From positions 192,001 to 256,000 of the forward strand of contig JBFWWG010000001.1 in the NCBI GenBank assembly GCA_050246315.1: a DNA stretch of 64,000 nt, in the 5' to 3' direction. The position numbers and the translations under genes are program-made. Shown here piece by piece: positions 29,084 to 38,855 of this stretch. The DNA comes from Nitrospiraceae bacterium. GTDB taxonomy: Bacteria; Nitrospirota; Nitrospiria; Nitrospirales; Nitrospiraceae. Every line of letters begins with the position of its first letter. The stretch's first letter is position 1. Below the pieces are notes generated by a model. The model searched no databases. It was not told the origin of the DNA and worked only from the letters and a program-made list of their open reading frames with translations.

Positions 29084-29512
29084 CTAATGCTCCATCCACC
29101 GACGGATGTGCTCGACCGCTTCCGCCTTTTGTTCGGGCGTCAGGCTCGCATGCCACTCCGCCACCTTAGGCAGCACCTTGTCCAGTGTCTGCCGTTGCAA
29201 CGCTTGATGCTGTTCAAAGAGTCGAACCAATTTGGTCTGGTCCAACCGATCGCTCTGCACCTGTGCGAGCAAGGTCTCCATCAAGGCCCGGTGTTCTTGT
29301 TGTGCCGATGCCCGCGCCGCGAGGAATTCATCCTTCGCCGCGGCGAGCTTCGTCTTCTGTGTCGCGTCCAATTCCAACTCCTTGGCGACTTTGTCCGCCA
29401 TCCACTGCGCCCGCTCGGCCGGACTCTGGGGACGATGACAGGCCGAGGCGGTCAGGGTGACCGTCGCCAAGGCGGCGAACAGAATGGTTTTCAGCCGTAT
29501 CTGGGATTTCAT
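29084..29512 (-). CDS. Spy/CpxP-like (LTxxQ) periplasmic lipoprotein
   Basis: Signal ending ASAC; LELDATQK and LTPEQK motifs. Confidence 0.8.
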   Translation of the reverse strand: MKSQIRLKTILFAALATVTLTASACHRPQSPAERAQWMADKVAKELELDATQKTKLAAAKDEFLAARASAQQEHRALMETLLAQVQSDRLDQTKLVRLFEQHQALQRQTLDKVLPKVAEWHASLTPEQKAEAVEHIRRWMEH

Positions 29513-29583
29513 TGGGTGCTCCCTCCGTTAATCGTGAACCATAGAGCTCGATCGCTCTTCGTCATCGATGCCCATCCTCGTCG

Positions 29584-29715
29584 TCATCGGCCGGGCTCTT
29601 GGCGCCGCACCGATGCCGGTTTCATGGCCCAATCCCTGGCCAGCACCCCGATCAGCCACACAGGCAATCCGAGCAACAACAGGTACCATCCGGCCCAAAG
29701 TATGATGTTATTCAT
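29584..29715 (-). CDS. Small 43-aa single-TM protein (below the ORF-track cutoff)
   Basis: MNNIILWAGWYLLLLGLPVWLIGVLARDWAMKPASVRRQEPGR*, with SD GAGGTG 5 nt upstream. Confidence 0.55.
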   Translation of the reverse strand: MNNIILWAGWYLLLLGLPVWLIGVLARDWAMKPASVRRQEPGR

Positions 29716-30144
29716 CGCTTCACCTCTTTCCTCTCGTCTTTCTTCATCATCTGAAATCTGCTGTTCCCACTAGTGCTCTTGAGCAAGGGGCGTTCCTTTT
29801 TTCAAGCCACGCGGATCGCTCGTAACTCATTGACAAATTTTCAGTCCTCGACCTGAGACCCAGCAGCGTCGGTACCTTCGCTTCACATCGTCGATGCCGA
29901 CTACTCGTCACCTGCCGATAATTCGGCACCAGTCCTCGGCCGCTCAAACCAGGATGAATTCTTCTGTCAATGAAGATGAAACTGCTGCTGATTGATTGGC
30001 AAGGGATGCGGGTAGGCCTCGATCACCTGAGGCAAGCTCGGCATACTGCCATGTCCCGTGATGAGGCAGCCCATAAGGCTCGCTGAGCGATCAGGTGAAC
30101 GGGTGGGAGAGAGGACGAGGGTGTGAGCCGGTGCGCCAGGTCGG

Positions 30145-30831
30145 TTAGGCGCTCCGCTTCACAGCGAACAAATAGAGTTTCTCCAATGGGACTTCGAACT
30201 CGTAGGGTCTTCGCGTCACGGTCTCCTCCACGTCAAATCCGGCCTCGGTCGCATAGCCCGCCAACTCCGCCGGTTCGAAGAGCGTGGCATCCAGCGAGAC
30301 GGGCTGCCCGAACCGCTCATCGGCATGAAGGTCCTGTTGCCCCCGATGACACCCCACCAGGAGACGGCCGTTCTTTCCTAGCACGCGCGCCATGTCCTGG
30401 AGCACCGGCACCACGTGATTCCGACGAAGGTGAATCAACGAGTAGAAGGCCACGATCGCTCCCAACGAACCGGCCCGCAGATCCAGCGCCCGCATGTCGC
30501 CGACCTGGAACGGGATCGCCGGGTATCGGCGCCTCGCCAGGTCGATCATGCGGGGGGAGAGGTCGAGACCGAAAGCCTGGGCCCCACGCAGACGCAGGTA
30601 CGCGGTGACGTGGCCCGGTCCACACCCAAGGTCGCAGACAGGACCGTGAACCAATTCCGCAAACCGGTTCAAGAGGGCTTGATCGAAAGGCGCCCGACCG
30701 AGGTCATTCGCGTAGGCGTCGGCATAGAACTTGGCGATTCGGTCATAATCACCGGCGAGATCGGGATTCCAATGGCCTTCCTGCTGGGTCATGTCAACGT
30801 GCGGCGGATGGTCAACTGCCTTGTCGATCAT
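30145..30831 (-). CDS. Class I SAM-dependent methyltransferase
   Basis: DLGCGPG, GLDLSPRMI, VGDM and FYSLIH. Confidence 0.88.
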   Translation of the reverse strand: MIDKAVDHPPHVDMTQQEGHWNPDLAGDYDRIAKFYADAYANDLGRAPFDQALLNRFAELVHGPVCDLGCGPGHVTAYLRLRGAQAFGLDLSPRMIDLARRRYPAIPFQVGDMRALDLRAGSLGAIVAFYSLIHLRRNHVVPVLQDMARVLGKNGRLLVGCHRGQQDLHADERFGQPVSLDATLFEPAELAGYATEAGFDVEETVTRRPYEFEVPLEKLYLFAVKRSA

Positions 30832-30925
30832 GCATCAGGCAACCATCGTGGGTAATCTCGCATGATTCGTGAAGGCTGCTACGGCCCATTGCTCACTCCA
30901 GCATCGGACGATCGGCCTGCCAGGC

Positions 30926-31287
30926 TCAGGCATCGATCAACACCTTGAATCCGCCGTAGACCATTCGCTTAGCATCGAAGGGCATGGAGTTGGCATCGCA
31001 CATTCCTGCGATCCTCGGATCCTTCATCACTCGCGCGTTGACGCGGTCACGATGCGCGCGCGACTTGTACAGGATGTAGGCGAACACCACCGTCTCGCCA
31101 GGCTTGGCCTTGGCGCTTTTCGGAAACGGAACTCCCATCTTGGTGTTGAGATCGTCGCCGGCGCATTCCTTGTAATCCAGCGCGCCATGCTCTCGCCAGA
31201 TCTTGCTCGCCTTCTGAGCCATGCGGCGGTAGGCTGAAAGTTTTTCTTCGGAACAGGCAAGAGAAATCCATCGAGATAGCGTGGCAT
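30926..31287 (-). pseudogene. DUF1428 (YbaA-like) protein, frameshifted
   Basis: MPRYLDGFLLPVPKK and YRRMAQKA...ECAGDD...MPFDAKRMVYGGF lie in different frames. One extra A in the A5 run at 31241-31245 restores the frame. Confidence 0.8.
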
Positions 31288-31499
31288 TCGAACCTCCTTT
31301 GTACGCTCACCTCCTGTTCGTCTCCTGCCCGCACGGTTCCGTTCTCAATGATCCCTTCGGATCGGCCACTCGACCCGTCTCCAACCACGCCCAACATCCG
31401 CGCGGGAGTCGGCTGTGGCATCGCACCCGGTTCCACAGCACCGCGTCACAGGGGCCACCCAGCCTGCCGACCTCCGCCATTCACGCACTTCCGCCCGAG

Positions 31500-32099
31500 T
31501 CATGGCTTCCGCTTATACGTGATCTCCATCATCTTCGATTCCTTTTCGCCATGATGCGCCCCATACATCTCAATCGCCTGAGTATGGTCGTCCACGATCT
31601 TCCATACCGCACGATGCGTCATCTTTCCTCCTCCCGGCTCAGGGTGCGAGCCGTTGAGCGTGATGGTCTTGCCATCCGGGCCGGCCGTGCCTTCCATAAT
31701 GAAAATCCCTGTGCCCATCGAATCCATCCAGGCCGTCACGTACTTCTCGGTCATGTTGTCGTAGGCGTCGATGCCGATTCCGGAGAAGGGTTGCCCCATC
31801 ATCTGGCCGTGAAATTCCTGGTAGAGAAAGCGTCCATCCAACAACATCTTTATCTCCGCGGTGCCGGTGGATTCCGCCGGAGGCTTCCCCGGCTCCATCC
31901 ACTCCTTGGTGGTGGTCGTCCAGCTCCCTACCAGACTCGCGAAGAGCTGATGCGGTGCTCCGGGCTGGGCGAGTTTCTTCCACAGCTCCATCATCTCTTG
32001 GGGGTCCATCTTTTTTTCCGCCATCTTGTCCTTGGCCAGAGTTGGAGAGGTCACGACCAGCAGACACAGATAGATAAGTATGGTGAAAAGGAACCGCAT
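31500..32099 (-). CDS. DUF1579 family exported protein
   Basis: Signal peptide; PGAPHQLF..LVGSW, LDGRFL, WMDSMGTG and MMEITY. Confidence 0.85.
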   Translation of the reverse strand: MRFLFTILIYLCLLVVTSPTLAKDKMAEKKMDPQEMMELWKKLAQPGAPHQLFASLVGSWTTTTKEWMEPGKPPAESTGTAEIKMLLDGRFLYQEFHGQMMGQPFSGIGIDAYDNMTEKYVTAWMDSMGTGIFIMEGTAGPDGKTITLNGSHPEPGGGKMTHRAVWKIVDDHTQAIEMYGAHHGEKESKMMEITYKRKP

Positions 32100-32267
32100 G
32101 GACACCTCCTTGTGTTTGAGTGAGGCACACACTGTCGTTGAAACGATGCCCTCGAGCCATCGCCGTGCCGGCGGGCTACCCGCAGACCTTCTGCGCCGCT
32201 TGCCGTTCTTCCGGCTTTGCATCGCGAAGGTGCGCAACGACCGCCCGGACCCTCTCGCGGTCTATTC

Positions 32268-32705
32268 CTATTTCGTTTTCTGAATCTGCTCAGCTTGAGC
32301 CCGAATCCGCTCTTCCTGTTCCCTGAGTTCCGGCGTGAACTCGGCGCCGAAATCTTCCGCCTCGAACACCTGGCGAATCTCGATCACGGACTCCTCGCCG
32401 GGCATCGGATTCGGGCAGCGCTTGACCCATTCGATCGCCTCTTCCTTCGACTTGCACTGCCACAGCCAGTAGCCGGCAATCAGTTCTTTCGTTTCGCCAA
32501 ATGGTCCATCGATCACCGTCCTCTTGCTCCCGGAGAACCTCACGCGTGCACCTCTCGAACTCGGCTGAAGCCCTTCGCCTGCCAGCATCACACCGGCCTT
32601 CACCAGTTCTTCATTATAGGTGCCCATATCGGCCAGAAGCTGCGTGCTCGGCATCACACCGGCTTCAGAATCCTTGGTCGCCTTGACCATGATCATGAAT
32701 CGCAT
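32268..32705 (-). CDS. YciI/DGPF family protein
   Basis: MRFMIMVKA...GEGLQPSS...DGPFGETKELIAGYW. Confidence 0.92.
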   Translation of the reverse strand: MRFMIMVKATKDSEAGVMPSTQLLADMGTYNEELVKAGVMLAGEGLQPSSRGARVRFSGSKRTVIDGPFGETKELIAGYWLWQCKSKEEAIEWVKRCPNPMPGEESVIEIRQVFEAEDFGAEFTPELREQEERIRAQAEQIQKTK

Positions 32706-32781
32706 GGCGATCTCCTTCTTGCGCTATGATTTCAATGATTTCGTGGACGTTCCCTCGAGACCATCCCGCCTCTGGTTATTG

Positions 32782-32808
32782 GTCGAACGCACCCCGCTGA
32801 AATCGACA
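32782..32808 (-). promoter_or_regulatory. Putative ECF42-dependent promoter
   Basis: TGTCGA-N17-CGAC, about 77 bp upstream of the DGPF gene starting at 32705. Confidence 0.7.
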
Positions 32809-32918
32809 TGGCAAATTCGTCGTCGTGAGGCCTCGCTCACATCTTGCCACCTATGAACGCCTCATCACTGGTCTCGTTGCCTCCAATAATGCCGGCTGAC
32901 CGATGACCGCTTCAGGCT

Positions 32919-33290
32919 TCACGTCCCTTCGCCCGGCAACCCCGCGACCTCTCTCACTTGCCGGACTTCGACCGTTCCGATACGCGCACCCGGAATTCGA
33001 CCGGCGATGTCGATGGCCTCATCACGATCCTTGGCGTCAATCAGAAAATAGCCGGCAATCTGCTCGTGCGTCTCCGCGAACGGACCATCGGTGGTGAACC
33101 GTTTGCCCTCTCGAACCTGAACCCTGGCTCCTGTCGTCGTCGGATGCAGCGGCGAGGCATGCACATATTGCCGCTTGCCGTCGAGCTGGTGGCAGAGCCG
33201 AATGGATTCCGCCAGCATGCCCTGCCGCGTCTGCTCAGGAATCTTACTGAACGCTTCTTCGTCGTGATGAACCACCAACAGGTATTTCAT
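32919..33290 (-). CDS. YciI/DGPF family protein
   Basis: MKYLLVV...PLHP...TDGPFAETHEQIAGYF...VEVR. Confidence 0.9.
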   Translation of the reverse strand: MKYLLVVHHDEEAFSKIPEQTRQGMLAESIRLCHQLDGKRQYVHASPLHPTTTGARVQVREGKRFTTDGPFAETHEQIAGYFLIDAKDRDEAIDIAGRIPGARIGTVEVRQVREVAGLPGEGT

Positions 33291-33343
33291 GAGACCGCCT
33301 CCAGTGAAATCCGATGGTCGCTCCACCCATCGGATGATTCGGA

Positions 33344-33637
33344 CTACGGCTGTTCGTCTTCGGATGTGATCCAGCGATCTCTGGGGCGTGCCAGGAGCGG
33401 AGTGAGCTGACGGATCGTCTCGGAGTCCTTGTATCGTTCTCGAACGGCGTCGGCATCCGCACGGCTCCGCCATTTGGCGAGGGCCATGATGTGTCCCGGA
33501 GCATCCAGATCGATGAAGATCTGATGCGAGACATAGCCATCGAAGCTCCGCATATCAGACCATACCTGGCGCGTGAGGCGGAGTCCCGCCTCTTCTGTGC
33601 CGGGCATTAACCACGTGTCCCAAATGACGGTGATCAT
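33344..33637 (-). CDS. Antibiotic biosynthesis monooxygenase (ABM)-like protein
   Basis: PGTEEA...MRSFDGYVSH...KWRSRADAD; dimeric alpha/beta-barrel pattern. Confidence 0.7.
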   Translation of the reverse strand: MITVIWDTWLMPGTEEAGLRLTRQVWSDMRSFDGYVSHQIFIDLDAPGHIMALAKWRSRADADAVRERYKDSETIRQLTPLLARPRDRWITSEDEQP

Positions 33638-33855
33638 CGGCTGCCTCCTGGATGACTGTGTATGCCTGTCAACTCAACGCGATGACGTCGCCCATCGCTC
33701 AGCATAAGCCGGGCCGCGCGGGCTTGACGCCGTCGTTGGGGAACCCGCCTTACTCGCCCTCGTCCCCCTCGCATTCGCCGGCCAAGCCGGAGCCGCACGG
33801 TTTTCGATTTCCTCCGGTCAACGCTTCGGTTCGGCGTACGGAAGCCTTGCGACCA

Positions 33856-34296
33856 TCACCGCTCATCGGATCGCATGAGCACCGACTTGATGTCGATCAC
33901 CGGCGTCCCGTCGATGGCTTCCATCGGGGTCACCCGTAACCGCAACCCGTCGATCTCCAAGAGCGACACTCGATGGAGTCCGACAGGGTTGGGACGATCC
34001 GGCGATCGTGTCGCAAATACGCCGGTCAACGGCGCCTCCGTCTCACCGCGTGGATGCACCTGAAGCACATCACGGTGCGCGCGGTGGAGCCACGTCAGCA
34101 CGATTACCTCGTCCCCGACGTTGACCCCGACCAAACCCGCAGCGACCTGAGGCGTGAGTTCCAGCCAGGCTTCCGGAGCGCCCTCGTAGCCCTGGCGCGG
34201 CGCCCCCTTGCGATCGATCAGCGGGGAACGCACGATGCCGATCGGTTCGATCGCATAATCGATTTTCTTCCTGTTCGCTCCTTCCATGAGAGCCAT
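33856..34296 (-). CDS. tsaA: TsaA/TrmO family SAM-binding tRNA methyltransferase
   Basis: PIGIVRS, APRQG, GVFATRSPDRPNPVGL and IDGTPVIDIK. Confidence 0.9.
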   Translation of the reverse strand: MALMEGANRKKIDYAIEPIGIVRSPLIDRKGAPRQGYEGAPEAWLELTPQVAAGLVGVNVGDEVIVLTWLHRAHRDVLQVHPRGETEAPLTGVFATRSPDRPNPVGLHRVSLLEIDGLRLRVTPMEAIDGTPVIDIKSVLMRSDER

Positions 34297-34340
34297 CCTT
34301 GTTTGCCCTCTTTCCCAACGCCTTCCGGGCGACATCCTGT

Positions 34341-34697
34341 TCAGCACTCCGTCTCCGCAACGGGCCGCACCTCGATGGTACCCCCGGCGGGGAGGGTGGG
34401 GATGCGCGCCGCGATGGAGATCGCCTCATCTAAATTTCCGCATTCAATCACGTGGTAGCCACCGAGTTGCTCTTTTGTTTCCGCAAACGGTCCATCCGTC
34501 ACCACCGGCTTGCCGTTCTGCATGCGCACGGTGGTGGCCGACGAGATGCGGTGGAGCCGTCCTCCGCCGCGAAGACATCCCTTCGAGGCAAGGCTTTGTA
34601 TCAACCCTCCATACTCCCGCATGATCGTCTCTCTCTGCGCGTCAGGCAGCTTGTCCCAAGCCTCTTCGTCGAAACAGCACATCAGCATGTATTGCAT
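34341..34697 (-). CDS. YciI/DGPF family protein
   Basis: ATTVR...TDGPFAETKEQLGGY...IEVRP. Confidence 0.92.
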   Translation of the reverse strand: MQYMLMCCFDEEAWDKLPDAQRETIMREYGGLIQSLASKGCLRGGGRLHRISSATTVRMQNGKPVVTDGPFAETKEQLGGYHVIECGNLDEAISIAARIPTLPAGGTIEVRPVAETEC

Positions 34698-34734
34698 GAC
34701 GCGACTCCTCCCTCGTGAGCGGCCTAGCCGCCGG

Positions 34735-35091
34735 TCAGGCGCAGCCCTGTTCCTTCATCGGGCGGACTTCTACGCTCCCGATGCGGGCGGCCGGAAAATG
34801 GGTGGCGATGCGAATGGCATCGTTCAGGTCCGGCACATCGATCATCAGAAACCCGCCCAACTGTTCCTTGGTTTCGGCAAAGGGGCCGTCGGTGGTCGAA
34901 ACCTTGCCCTCGCGCACGCGCACGGTCGTGGCTGTCTCCACCGGATGAAGGGGAGAAGCCGCCAACAGTTGGCCGGCTTTCTGTACTTTGTCGCAATAGG
35001 CCATCGATTCCTCCGAAAGCATGTGACGCTCATCCTTCGGGATCGCGTTCAGGATGCGCTCTTCGACATAGATGAGGCAGAGATATTTCAT
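34735..35091 (-). CDS. YciI/DGPF family protein
   Basis: MKYLCLIY...TDGPFAETKEQLGGF...VEVRP. Confidence 0.92.
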   Translation of the reverse strand: MKYLCLIYVEERILNAIPKDERHMLSEESMAYCDKVQKAGQLLAASPLHPVETATTVRVREGKVSTTDGPFAETKEQLGGFLMIDVPDLNDAIRIATHFPAARIGSVEVRPMKEQGCA

Positions 35092-35142
35092 GGCGTCCTC
35101 CCAGTCGAGGCGGTGGTGACCGGTGGTCTTGAGCATCCGATG

Positions 35143-35220
35143 TTACAGAGCCGCTTCGTTCACTTCCCACAGAGCGAACTCATTGCCTTCCGTATCCTGG
35201 GATATGACGCAGTGGCCCAT
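35143..35220 (-). pseudogene. VOC/glyoxalase C-terminal fragment
   Basis: MGHCVISQDTEGNEFALWEVNEAAL* contains the DxEGNxFxLW VOC terminus. Confidence 0.5.
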
Positions 35221-35332
35221 GAAGCAGGTCGGTCCGTATCAAGCCGGTCGTCTTGCCCATCCCATGGTCATGAGGCATCCTGCGCCTCTCAAGGTTCACG
35301 CTTGGTCGATGGCGCGTGACGGATGGAGCTCC

Positions 35333-35629
35333 TTACCCCCCGGCCATGGCCCCGACGATCAAGAACGGCTCCTTCCCCGTCGCCACCGCATCGGGCAGGG
35401 GGATGTCCGGCGATTCGTGAGACAGATCCTGCTCGCACGCAAAGAACCGCACGAACGGGCGGCGTTTGCGCGTGACATGGTCGCGGACCGTCCCGCACAA
35501 CATGGGATAACGAGCCTCTAGAGCATCGAGGATCGCGCGCTGTGTCACCGGATTCTGGACATCCAGTGTCACCTCGCCATTCACACGAGCCAAGGTTCGC
35601 AAATGTGCCGGCAGTACCACCCTAATCAT
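35333..35629 (-). CDS. MoaD/ThiS family ubiquitin-like protein
   Basis: Beta-grasp pattern [10 protein letters not shown]...LEARYP...RRPFVRFF, ending in AMAGG. Confidence 0.88.
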   Translation of the reverse strand: MIRVVLPAHLRTLARVNGEVTLDVQNPVTQRAILDALEARYPMLCGTVRDHVTRKRRPFVRFFACEQDLSHESPDIPLPDAVATGKEPFLIVGAMAGG

Positions 35630-35655
35630 TGAAGTTCGTGTTGTCTCTTCGTCGC

Positions 35656-35781
35656 GCGGTTGATCAAAATGGTTGTCCAGCGAGGCCGCAGGGAGCGAGC
35701 CGAGTGAGGCGTACCCTCTGGGGTACGTCGCAGCGACGGCCGCGACTGAGAACGAAGCTGGCGGCCATTTTCAGCAACCGC
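35656..35781. repeat. ~125-bp palindromic dispersed repeat
   Basis: Inverted repeats GCGGTTGATCAAAATGG..CCAGC / GCTGG..CCATTTTCAGCAACCGC, with an inner CGTACCC..GGGTACG hairpin. Same family as 11195-11318, in inverted orientation. Confidence 0.75.
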
Positions 35782-36962
35782 TACAGTGTCTGGGCCTCGA
35801 CCGACAGCACCGCCGGCAAATCCCTGACAATCGGCTCCCAACTGTCTCCGCCGTTGGCTGACCCATACACCTGTCCACCGGTCGTGCCGAAATACAGGCC
35901 GCAAGGATCCAGCTCATCGACGGCCATCGCATCGCGCAGGATGTTCACGTAACAATTCTGTTGCGGCAGCCCCTTCGTCAGCGGTTCCCACTCGTTCCCA
36001 CCGGTCCGGCTGCGGTACACCCGCAATCTCCCCTCGGGCGGATAATGTTCCGAGTCGCTCTTGATCGGGACGACATACACCGTCTCCGGCTCATAGGCAT
36101 GCACGGCGATGGGGAATCCAAAATCACTCGGGAGGTTCCCGCTGATTTCGTGCCACGACTCGCCGGCGTCGTCGCTCCGGAGTACATCCCAATGTTTCTG
36201 CATGAACAGCACGTTCGGACGGGACGGGTGCATCGCGATGTTATGCACGCAGTGGCCGACTTCCGCATCCGGGTCGGGCAGCTCGTACTGGGATTTCAGA
36301 CCACGATTCGACGGCCGCCATGTCCTGCCGGCATCGTCGCTTCGGAACGTACCGGCGGCCGAGATCGCCACGAACATCCGATCCGGATGACCGGAGTTCA
36401 ACAGGATCGTATGGAGGCACATGCCGCCGGCGCCTGGCTGCCAGAGTTGTCCCTTCGCGCTGCGCAGTCCCGCCAGTTCCATCCACGTTTGTCCCCCGTC
36501 CGTCGATTTGAAGATCGCCGCGTCCTCCACGCCGGCATAGACCGTGTCCGGATCGGTCAAGGACGGTTCGAGGTGCCACACTCGCTTGAACTCCCAGGGA
36601 CGCTGCGTGCCGTCATAATGCTGGTGCGTCGTGAGCGGTTGGCCCGTTTCAGCGGACGCATCGTAGACGAACATGTTGCTCTCACCCTTCGGCATGCCGT
36701 CCTGCCCCGTCAAGTCTTCGGGTTTGGTTCCCGGCGGGTTCCAGGTCTTGCCGCCGTCATCCGAACGCTGAATGACCTGGCCGAACCAACTGCTGCTTTG
36801 CGAGGCATAGAGCCGATTCGGATCGGCGGGCGAGCCCTTGAGATGGTACAGTTCCCAGCCTCCAAACAACGGGCCGGCGACATCCCAACGTTTGCGCGCA
36901 CCGTCCGAGGTCAAAATGAACGCCCCTTTGCGTGTCCCAACGAGCAGCCGTATCCGGCTCAT
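35781..36962 (-). CDS. BNR/Asp-box beta-propeller protein (sialidase-like), cytoplasmic
   Basis: Repeated S-x-D-x-G-x-T/S-W boxes ([40 protein letters not shown]); no signal peptide. Confidence 0.9.
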   Translation of the reverse strand: MSRIRLLVGTRKGAFILTSDGARKRWDVAGPLFGGWELYHLKGSPADPNRLYASQSSSWFGQVIQRSDDGGKTWNPPGTKPEDLTGQDGMPKGESNMFVYDASAETGQPLTTHQHYDGTQRPWEFKRVWHLEPSLTDPDTVYAGVEDAAIFKSTDGGQTWMELAGLRSAKGQLWQPGAGGMCLHTILLNSGHPDRMFVAISAAGTFRSDDAGRTWRPSNRGLKSQYELPDPDAEVGHCVHNIAMHPSRPNVLFMQKHWDVLRSDDAGESWHEISGNLPSDFGFPIAVHAYEPETVYVVPIKSDSEHYPPEGRLRVYRSRTGGNEWEPLTKGLPQQNCYVNILRDAMAVDELDPCGLYFGTTGGQVYGSANGGDSWEPIVRDLPAVLSVEAQTL

Positions 36963-37048
36963 GGTTGACTCCTTATCTTATTGAAGGTTTGTGCACGTCT
37001 TCCCCAGCGGGTGCCTGTCTCCCATCGTTCACGGCCGCTCGGGCCATT

Positions 37049-37534
37049 TCACGATGATTCATAAGCCTGTTTCAACCGGGCAATGTCGATCTTGCCCATG
37101 TTCAGCACGGCCTCCATGACTCGCTCCGATTTGCCGGCATCCCCATCGTTCAGCATCTCGTCGATGTCAGGGGTCACAATCTGCCACGACAAGCCATACC
37201 TATCCTTCAGCCATCCGCATGGTCCTGCTTCTCCGCCTGCGGAGAGCTTCTCCCACATGTCGTCAATTTCTTTCTGCGTCTTGCACTTCACCATCAACGA
37301 GATCGCCTCGGTAAATTTGAAGAGCGGCCCGCCGTTTAACGCGACGAACTCCTGCCCCTCGATTTCGAAGGTCACGGTCATAACCGAGCCCTTCGGTCTT
37401 CCGGAGGCCTGCGCGCCGGCCTCTCCATAACGGGTGACGGATGTCACCTTGGAATTCTTGAAGATCGACACATAAAATTTCGCCGCCTCTTCGGCTTGGT
37501 CGTCGAACCACAAACAGGGGGTAATGTGTTGCAT
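37049..37534 (-). CDS. VOC family (3-demethylubiquinone-9 3-methyltransferase-like) protein
   Basis: ITPCLWFDDQAEEAA, ALNGGP and CGWLKDRYGLSWQI. Confidence 0.9.
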   Translation of the reverse strand: MQHITPCLWFDDQAEEAAKFYVSIFKNSKVTSVTRYGEAGAQASGRPKGSVMTVTFEIEGQEFVALNGGPLFKFTEAISLMVKCKTQKEIDDMWEKLSAGGEAGPCGWLKDRYGLSWQIVTPDIDEMLNDGDAGKSERVMEAVLNMGKIDIARLKQAYESS

Positions 37535-37671
37535 GTCGCATGACTCCTTTGCATCAAATCGATTTGTCACTCGTCGAGTGTCACGGCTTCGGAGAGTTCA
37601 GCCGAAACATGTCGTTCGTCTCGCATGACAATGCGATCAACTCAGCGCTCAGGACTCGGCACTGCTCAGGG

Positions 37672-37916
37672 TTAAGGCAGGCCCGGGATGTCGATCACGG
37701 GTCGAACTTCGACGGTTCCTTTACGCGCCATGGGGATTTTCGCCGCACACCCGAACGCTGGTGCGCCATCGCCGTCGGGTGGAGTGGATTGGCGCCCCGA
37801 TACTGCCCGTTCGAATGAAGATCCTGCGCGAGTTGCAAGGATTCCGCGTAACAGTCTTGCCGCTCGGTTTCGCTCAACCCCTGCTCGTCGCCGTAAATCA
37901 ACAACAGATATTTCAT
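37672..37916 (-). pseudogene. YciI/DGPF gene with an internal deletion and frameshift
   Basis: MKYLLLIY...ANPLHPTAMA jumps to AAKIPMARKGTVEVRPV in another frame; the DGPF core is missing. Confidence 0.75.
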
Positions 37917-38386
37917 GCGAAGACCTCCAACAGAGTGTGCAGGATGTGCCACGCGCGTGGTCCGTTCGACGTGCGGCTAGGGTGACCTGGCGCCCCATGG
38001 TGCGTCGTCTCTTGGTCTGGATGCAACTGTTGGCGTTCGGAAATCTCCAACACCGGCCGCACCTCAACCGTGCCAAGCCGAGCCGACGGCAGCTTCGAGG
38101 CCATCTGAATCGCCTCATTCAGATCACGCGCGATGATCAAATAAAACCCGCCTAGCTGCTCCTTGGAATCGGCGAACGGCCCGCCGTTAGTGGCGGCGAT
38201 CCCATTTCGGACCCGCACGGTCGCGGCCATATCCGCCGGCTGCAGGATCTCGCCGCAACAGTAGTGGCCGCCTTGTTGTATCGCCTCTGTGGCGGCGAGA
38301 TGCTCTGCCCTGATCGCTTCGGCTTCGGCCCCGGGCACGGTGCGCAGTTTCGCTTCTTCCTCGTACCTCAGGCTCAGGTACCTCAT
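37913..38386 (-). CDS. YciI/DGPF family protein (GGPF variant, extended C-terminus)
   Basis: AATVRVR...GGPFADSKEQLGGFY...VEVRPV. Confidence 0.8.
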   Translation of the reverse strand: MRYLSLRYEEEAKLRTVPGAEAEAIRAEHLAATEAIQQGGHYCCGEILQPADMAATVRVRNGIAATNGGPFADSKEQLGGFYLIIARDLNEAIQMASKLPSARLGTVEVRPVLEISERQQLHPDQETTHHGAPGHPSRTSNGPRAWHILHTLLEVFA

Positions 38387-38439
38387 GGTTCCGACTCCTT
38401 GTCCCCGACTTCAGCCGGACCGGCCGCCTGCATGAACTA

Positions 38440-38465
38440 GTCGTTCGCATTGGCTCAGATCGACA
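38440..38465 (-). promoter_or_regulatory. Putative ECF42-dependent promoter
   Basis: TGTCGA-N16-CGAC, about 54 bp upstream of the first DGPF gene (38386). Confidence 0.7.
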
Positions 38466-38855
38466 GGTCATGTCGCACCGACAGGAGAGAAATGTGACCG
38501 GGCTGAACCATTGGCCGAATGTAGAGGAGGGGTCGAAGAAGTCCACTATATAATGTGGCGTCTCGCCAGAATGAGCTGAATCGTAGCATCGGCTTTCAAG
38601 CGCTTATGCCGGCCCCACCTGCCGGCTCTTTGTTTCGGCTCATAGCGGGCCTCTGCCTGTCTTCCAACGCCGTCCTCGATCCCTTTCTCGTCGGCGGCTG
38701 CTGACGGTCGGGGTGCCTCAGCGCGTTCCCGACACCGCGTCACCGGCAATCACGGATTCCCTTGCCGAATTCGTCATTTCCACTATGCTGGGGAACTTGG
38801 AGATGCTGCGCGACCCTTATCTCTTCCCCAACAATGACCCTTGAGGCCATACCCG

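Noticed and set aside
29827..29973. TCATTGACA/TGTCAATGA inverted repeat ~140 bp apart as a MITE or invertible switch
   Set aside because: It is only 9-10 bp long, with no target duplication and no recombinase nearby; it could be chance or two promoter -35 boxes
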